64,000 nt of DNA from the NCBI GenBank assembly GCA_024277205.1, contig JAJRVP010000013.1, positions 72,735 through 136,734 of the forward strand, written 5' to 3'. Position numbers and translations under genes: made by a program. Below the pieces are notes generated by a model. It saw only the letters and a program-made list of their open reading frames with translations, made no database searches and was not told the DNA's origin. Source of the stretch: an archaeon. GTDB taxonomy: Archaea; Nanobdellota; Nanobdellia; CSSed11-243R1. Below, one piece after another: positions 58,972-64,000 of the stretch. The stretch's first letter is position 1. Every line of letters begins with the position of its first letter.

Positions 58972-59666
58972 AAAACTTTTAGTTCATTAACCAAATTTCC
59001 ATGTATGTGTCCTGTGGTTTTGGCATAAGCAGTAAGAGGATCGTCTCCATCAACAATGCTCTCAATAAAATCACCATCTGAAATAATACTAGTAGCTACA
59101 AATTTATCATCATCTTCAAAATCTGCTATAACAAATACATATAAATTCTCATCTCCAACCTTTTTTAGCTCTCCAATCATAACAGAAGTTCCATCAGAAA
59201 ATGGAACTATCATACTACCATCGGTTAAACTAAGATTTCTCATAGAATTCCCAACAAACGCAAGATACTTCTTTGGACCAATTCTATCAATAGACTTGCT
59301 TAATAAAGAATAATAAGAAGATAATTTATCCTCAAATTTATATATATGATCAACGGTTCTTCCTATGAGCTTATATTCTCTTCTCCCTAACTTTCTCATC
59401 CAGTAAAATTCACAATCAGAACATATGGCTCCTATTTGTACATCAGCAGGATCTGTTAAACAAGAATCCCCCATTAGTTCGTATATCAATCCATTTTCGT
59501 CTTTAACAAGCATAACACCTGCTCTTGTAATTGGAACACCCTGAGCTTCTTTACCATCTATTACTAATTTCTCCCCCTTTCCCAATTTCTCTCCAAGAGT
59601 GAGGCAATAAGAGGAATATACATTCTTAGTTCCGTATACAGAAGTGGCTACTCTTCGTCCTTTCAT
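58968..59666 (-). CDS. Hypothetical protein
   Basis: 232-aa ORF with GGGGGT SD-like sequence. Confidence 0.6.
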   Translation of the reverse strand: MKGRRVATSVYGTKNVYSSYCLTLGEKLGKGEKLVIDGKEAQGVPITRAGVMLVKDENGLIYELMGDSCLTDPADVQIGAICSDCEFYWMRKLGRREYKLIGRTVDHIYKFEDKLSSYYSLLSKSIDRIGPKKYLAFVGNSMRNLSLTDGSMIVPFSDGTSVMIGELKKVGDENLYVFVIADFEDDDKFVATSIISDGDFIESIVDGDDPLTAYAKTTGHIHGNLVNELKVF

Positions 59667-59709
59667 TTAAACCCCCATATATATAAATCGCTCCTCGTTA
59701 ATAATTTTT

Positions 59710-60810
59710 ATGAAGCTTTATTTTGAAACGTATGGATGTGCAGCAAATCAGGCAGACGAGTTAGTTATGCGTAGCATTCTTAAACAGGATTTGGAATTTT
59801 CAGAAAAAATTGAGAATTCGGACATACTAATCATTTTAACTTGTGGCGTGAAGGGTTCAACTGAAAATAAAATCTTGGCAAGAATTCAAGAAATCAAAAA
59901 TAAATTTCCAAAAAAGAAGGTTATTATTGCTGGATGCCTTACAAAAATACTCTCTACAAAACTTCAAAAAATGTTTCCATATTATTCCTTAATTGGGCCG
60001 GATCAAATTAATGATATTCTGGAAATTGTAAAAAAAGTCGCAAATGAAGAAAAGGTTATTGAACTGAAATCAAAGAAAAAGCTTAAATGTGTATTGCCAA
60101 AGGTCGTTAAAGAAGTGCAGCCAATTGTAATTGCAAGTGGTTGTTTAAATGCATGTGCATATTGTGCTACAAAAATAGCAAAAGGGATGTTAAAGTCCTA
60201 TCCAATTAATTGTATTAAAGATGCAGTTGAATATGCTGTGAAACATGGTGCAAAAAAAATACTTCTTACTGCAACAGATACAGGTGTTTATGGAAAAGAT
60301 ATTGGCACAAACCTGGCAAAATTGCTTAAAGAACTTGTTACGATTCCAGGTGATTTTAAAATAAGGGTTGGCATGATGAACCCACAACACATCAAACCTT
60401 TTCTCAATGAAGTAATTGAGGTTTACAAAAATCCAAAAATAATCAAATTTATCCACATACCTGTTCAAGCAGGTAGTAATAAAGTTCTCAAAGATATGAA
60501 AAGAGGTTATACTGTTGAAGAGTTCAAAAAAATTATCATGAAATTCAGAAAAGAAATTCCAAATATAAAGATTTCAACAGATATTATTTGTGGATTCCCA
60601 ACAGAAACAGAAGAAGACTTTGAAAAAACAGTTAAATTAGTAAAAGAAATCAAGCCAGAAGTGGTGAATATTTCTAAATTTTATCCCCGTCCAAATACCC
60701 CTGCAAAAGAGATGAAACAATTGCCAACCAAGACAATTAAAGAACGCTCAAGAAAGCTTTCAGAGATTTATATCAAGATAAAGAAAGATTTAATAACATC
60801 TAATTCTTAG
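59710..60810 (+). CDS. mtaB: tRNA t6A37 methylthiotransferase (radical SAM), no TRAM domain
   Basis: ETYGC, TCGV, AGCL, CLNACAYC, GMMNP, HIPVQAG, DIICGFP. Confidence 0.88.
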   Translation: MKLYFETYGCAANQADELVMRSILKQDLEFSEKIENSDILIILTCGVKGSTENKILARIQEIKNKFPKKKVIIAGCLTKILSTKLQKMFPYYSLIGPDQINDILEIVKKVANEEKVIELKSKKKLKCVLPKVVKEVQPIVIASGCLNACAYCATKIAKGMLKSYPINCIKDAVEYAVKHGAKKILLTATDTGVYGKDIGTNLAKLLKELVTIPGDFKIRVGMMNPQHIKPFLNEVIEVYKNPKIIKFIHIPVQAGSNKVLKDMKRGYTVEEFKKIIMKFRKEIPNIKISTDIICGFPTETEEDFEKTVKLVKEIKPEVVNISKFYPRPNTPAKEMKQLPTKTIKERSRKLSEIYIKIKKDLITSNS

Positions 60811-60818
60811 AAAAATAC

Positions 60819-61496
60819 ATGAGAAAAACAGAGATAAAAAATGATAACCCTTTTTTTGAGATTATGCATAAAGGGGATGAAAAAATAATCATGAGTCCTC
60901 AAGCACTTAAAAAAATAAAAGAATTATCAAAAGAGCTCGTCAAGAATCATCCAATTTTATTTATTGTTGGAGATCATGGTTCTGGGAAATCCTTGGTAGA
61001 AAAGGAAATTGAAAAGAATATACCTAAAAAGTTCGAGAAAAGGAAATTAATTTTTACAATTGATTTATTAAGCGAATTAAGAGCACTTCCAATTGAAAGA
61101 ATGCTCAAGAAGAGGATTGTAATATATATTGACAAATTTGAACTCACAAGTGTTATTGATGATGGCGAATTTGAAAAACTATTAGATGTAATATATGATA
61201 CTTCTAAATCTGGAGTAGGATATGTAATCTCGTGCCACCCAGATACGCTTGCTAGAATATTTGATATATCCGACAAAATAAGAATGAACTCTCGTGTTTA
61301 TAATGTCCCATCCTTAACATTTGAACAAGCAAAGAAATTAATAATCTCTCGATTGAACATGGTAAGAAAGAAAAAATCAAACTCTCTTAATCCTTTCACA
61401 GAATCCCAAATAAGAAACATTTGGAAAACTTCAAGGGGAAATCCAAGAATGATTCTATTGCTATGTGCAAATTTGTACAATATAGTAAAAAGATGA
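60819..61496 (+). CDS. P-loop AAA-type ATPase
   Basis: Walker A GDHGSGKS, IYIDKFE, SRGNPR. Confidence 0.75.
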   Translation: MRKTEIKNDNPFFEIMHKGDEKIIMSPQALKKIKELSKELVKNHPILFIVGDHGSGKSLVEKEIEKNIPKKFEKRKLIFTIDLLSELRALPIERMLKKRIVIYIDKFELTSVIDDGEFEKLLDVIYDTSKSGVGYVISCHPDTLARIFDISDKIRMNSRVYNVPSLTFEQAKKLIISRLNMVRKKKSNSLNPFTESQIRNIWKTSRGNPRMILLLCANLYNIVKR

Positions 61497-61500
61497 TAAA

Positions 61501-62279
61501 ATGAAATATTCAATACTAACTATAACAATAGTTTTATCTTTATTTCTAATCACTCAATTTGTTGGGCTTACAGCCAACAGCATATATGCTGAATCTGAAT
61601 TACCATACAGACTTCAACCCCCAAGTGTTGAACCAAAATTCTCGCCTTGGTTTTTCTTAAGCATGGTAATTGTTATCTCTTTGTTGTTTTTTGCAATGAA
61701 GAGATTTAAATTAGAAATCTTGATGAAATTGTGGTTTTTCATAGCTATCACAATTTGTATAGCTGTAACATTAAGTGCTTTTGTGGATTCTTGGATTGCT
61801 GTGATTGTAGCCCTTTCAATTGTCTTACTTAAATTCAAAGAAAGGGACATCTATATGCATAATCTTGGAGAAATCCTTATGTATGGTGGTGTAGTTGCAT
61901 TGTTTGCACCCATGCTAAATTTTTGGGCAGTCGTGATATTACTAATTGGAATGTCTATTTATGATTACATAGCTGTTTTTGTTACAAAACACATGATAGG
62001 ACTTGCAAAGATGCAGGAAGAACTTGGGATATTTTCTGGTTTGGTTGTAGTTAATAAAGATGATGTTGCAATTTTGGGTGGGGGGGATATTGCATTTACA
62101 TTGCTTTTTGCAGTTATTGTCCTAAGACAATTTGGCATTGTTAATGCATTACTTTCAATCTATGGAGCAACATTATTCATAGCAATTTTAATGATAATTG
62201 GTAAAAGAAAAAATATTATCCAGCAATGCCCTTTGTTACAGCAGGTTCATTGCTTGGATTTTTGATAAGTTTAATATAA
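61501..62279 (+). CDS. Presenilin/signal peptide peptidase (GxGD aspartyl protease); frameshifted at A6 run 62208-62213
   Basis: YDYIAV and LGGGD catalytic motifs; the PAL-equivalent YYPAMPFVTAG lies in a shifted frame ending at TAA 62277-62279. Confidence 0.85.
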
Positions 62280-62489
62280 TTACTTTCTTTTCTTCCTTTT
62301 CTTTTTCTTTAATAAAGATTCAACTTCTCTTTCTGTTTTCAATTCAATTCTCTCAACCTTTTCAATTAATCTCTCAATTTTTCTATCCATTATTAAAATG
62401 TATCTAAGCCCAACAACTAAACCAAATAGAACTCCAATCATAAGTCCTATGGCAGCATTAAGTGCCCACTCAGCAACCATGTATATCAC
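62280..62489 (-). CDS. Small single-TM protein with coiled coil and basic tail
   Basis: Hydrophobic N-terminus; GAGGTGA SD. Confidence 0.65.
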   Translation of the reverse strand: MIYMVAEWALNAAIGLMIGVLFGLVVGLRYILIMDRKIERLIEKVERIELKTEREVESLLKKKKRKKRK

Positions 62490-62520
62490 CTCACTAATTA
62501 TTCATTAGTTATGCATGTAT

Positions 62521-63090
62521 TTAAATAATTCGCTTAATTAGAATTGCACTTTGTCCAGTTGGATCATTAAAAATAAGTGTTATTTTTAATTTTCCTTGTT
62601 TTGCCTTTTCAAGTTTGTTAATCTCTTTTTCTATTTCTTTTTGTTTTTCCTTTTTAACAACAGAAATAGTTTTCAAAGAATAAATAATTCTATCAATCAC
62701 ACCTTCCACATTCGAGATATATGCTTCGGACTCTGGACCTGGTTTAATCTTTAAACCAATCTCTGGGATTTCAATAGAACAATATCTATTTTTAACAACC
62801 CTTACTTCTAATGCTTTTTTAGAAGAAATTGCTATTTTTTGTTTTTTTGGATATCCCTTTTCACTTAATGGTAAGATGTCATGAGTTTTATAACCGCAGA
62901 ATTTGCAACTTGCAAAAGTTTCTAATACTTCTCCAAAATAAGGTATGTTGTCTAAGACTTGTTGAACAGAAAATCCATGTTTATTACAAACAGGACAATT
63001 AAGAAGAGAAGGATTAAAAATAACTTTACTCTTCTGTTTCTTCTTCACTGCCGTCTCCCTTGAATACTTCAATGAAATTTGGCACTGCAA
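62521..63090 (-). CDS. ZPR1 zinc-finger protein
   Basis: CPVC, IPYFGEV, CKFCGYK, SNVEG, DPTGQS. True start is probably downstream of 63090. Confidence 0.9.
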   Translation of the reverse strand: MQCQISLKYSRETAVKKKQKSKVIFNPSLLNCPVCNKHGFSVQQVLDNIPYFGEVLETFASCKFCGYKTHDILPLSEKGYPKKQKIAISSKKALEVRVVKNRYCSIEIPEIGLKIKPGPESEAYISNVEGVIDRIIYSLKTISVVKKEKQKEIEKEINKLEKAKQGKLKITLIFNDPTGQSAILIKRII

Positions 63091-63415
63091 TTATCCAGTC
63101 TTCATCAATCCCAACAATCTCTCCATCTATTGCTTCACAAGTTCTTTTGACTTTGTTTATTGCTCTTTTGAGTTCATTCATATCTTTATCTTTTAATGGT
63201 TTTATTTTCATTAATGCAATTGTGTATCCTTCTCTAAGTGAGTCAATAACTGGTTTTATATCTGCAAAATCTGTCAGAATAAAGTACTTTACAAATATCT
63301 TTGCTCCTTTTTTGTGCATTTCTTCTGGTTCAAGTTCTATAAACTCTTCTTCTTCAGTTTTTTTAATAACGGTTTTTCCTGTTAGTTTACTTAGGAAATC
63401 TTTAATTTTGTCCAT
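63026..63415 (-). CDS. sepF: Cell division protein SepF
   Basis: VIDSLREG, LKRAI, IDGEIVGIDEDWIIAVP. Confidence 0.88.
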   Translation of the reverse strand: MDKIKDFLSKLTGKTVIKKTEEEEFIELEPEEMHKKGAKIFVKYFILTDFADIKPVIDSLREGYTIALMKIKPLKDKDMNELKRAINKVKRTCEAIDGEIVGIDEDWIIAVPNFIEVFKGDGSEEETEE

Positions 63416-63470
63416 GGCTCACCACCAACTTTTATATTATTATCTTTGATTTGTATTTTTATATACTTTT

Positions 63471-63734
63471 TTATTGATGTAACATTGATTCCAATATTGA
63501 TACTATGCTCCAAATTTGTGTTCTTGTGTACATTGGCATGTTTGGATCATCTGACACTTCATCCAAAAGTTGAAGTGCTCTATCAACTCTTACTGTTATT
63601 TCTTCTCCAGATTTTTCAAGATACTCCTTTGCTTTTTTTGCATTTTCTCTAATGTTTCTAGGTACTGTTCTATCCTCGCTTATTTGCGTCAATACATCTA
63701 ATGCTTGCTCAAGTTTTTCTGTCATTTTAATCAC
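63471..63734 (-). CDS. UPF0147 protein
   Basis: EDRTVPRNIR, DPNMPMYTRTQIW. Confidence 0.92.
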   Translation of the reverse strand: MIKMTEKLEQALDVLTQISEDRTVPRNIRENAKKAKEYLEKSGEEITVRVDRALQLLDEVSDDPNMPMYTRTQIWSIVSILESMLHQ

Positions 63735-64000
63735 TCTTTTAACTGTTTTGATAATTTTTCTTGAAGTTCTGAAGCATTCTTAGTTAATTTATCCTGCTGT
63801 TTTTCAATTGTAGAAATCCTCAAATTCAACAATTCTTTTTTATCTTTAAGAGATTTTTCTAATTCTTTTTTAGATTTTTTAATCATGATATTCCCAATGA
63901 CTTCATAGGCATTTTCATCTTTTATTTTTTCAAGTTCCTTAAGTGCGTTTTCAATTTCAGCAATCTGGGCTTGAATGTTTTGTTTTTGAAGCATAATCAT
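63731..64000 (-). CDS. pfdB: Prefoldin beta subunit (5' end outside the window)
   Basis: QKQNIQAQIAEIENALKEL...YEVIGNIMIK coiled coil-hairpin-coiled coil. Confidence 0.88.
   Translation of the reverse strand: MIMLQKQNIQAQIAEIENALKELEKIKDENAYEVIGNIMIKKSKKELEKSLKDKKELLNLRISTIEKQQDKLTKNASELQEKLSKQLKE

Overview
AT-rich, gene-dense archaeal chromosome segment. Housekeeping content (rpl35ae, rps19e-rpl39e-rpl31e-rplX-pfdA, ftsY, srp54, rpl21e-rpoF-DUF655, cdc6, dhs, dph2/dph6, ABCE1, archaeal ThrRS, ZPR1, SepF, lone 5S rRNA) and several split or reduced genes suggest a DPANN/Nanobdellota-type genome; the taxonomy is inferred, not verified. No transposase, integrase, CRISPR array or tRNA was seen. 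The most striking element is a ~480-nt non-coding region (54841-55319) between a TATA-like box and a T-tract. It consists of two ~206-nt tandem domains that diverge in sequence but keep the same helices and the same 7-bp pseudoknot through compensatory changes, and both carry a GGCC palindromic loop. I could not match it to any RNA family I know. Other notable items: a paired nucleotidyltransferase-HEPN plus EndoIV-like TIM-barrel cluster, a split ThrRS with reversed gene order, tandem histone-fold genes, an APC permease-methyltransferase fusion, an in-frame amber codon, two homopolymer frameshifts and a copper-resistance cluster. All calls come from reading the sequence and motifs; no database search or folding program was run.
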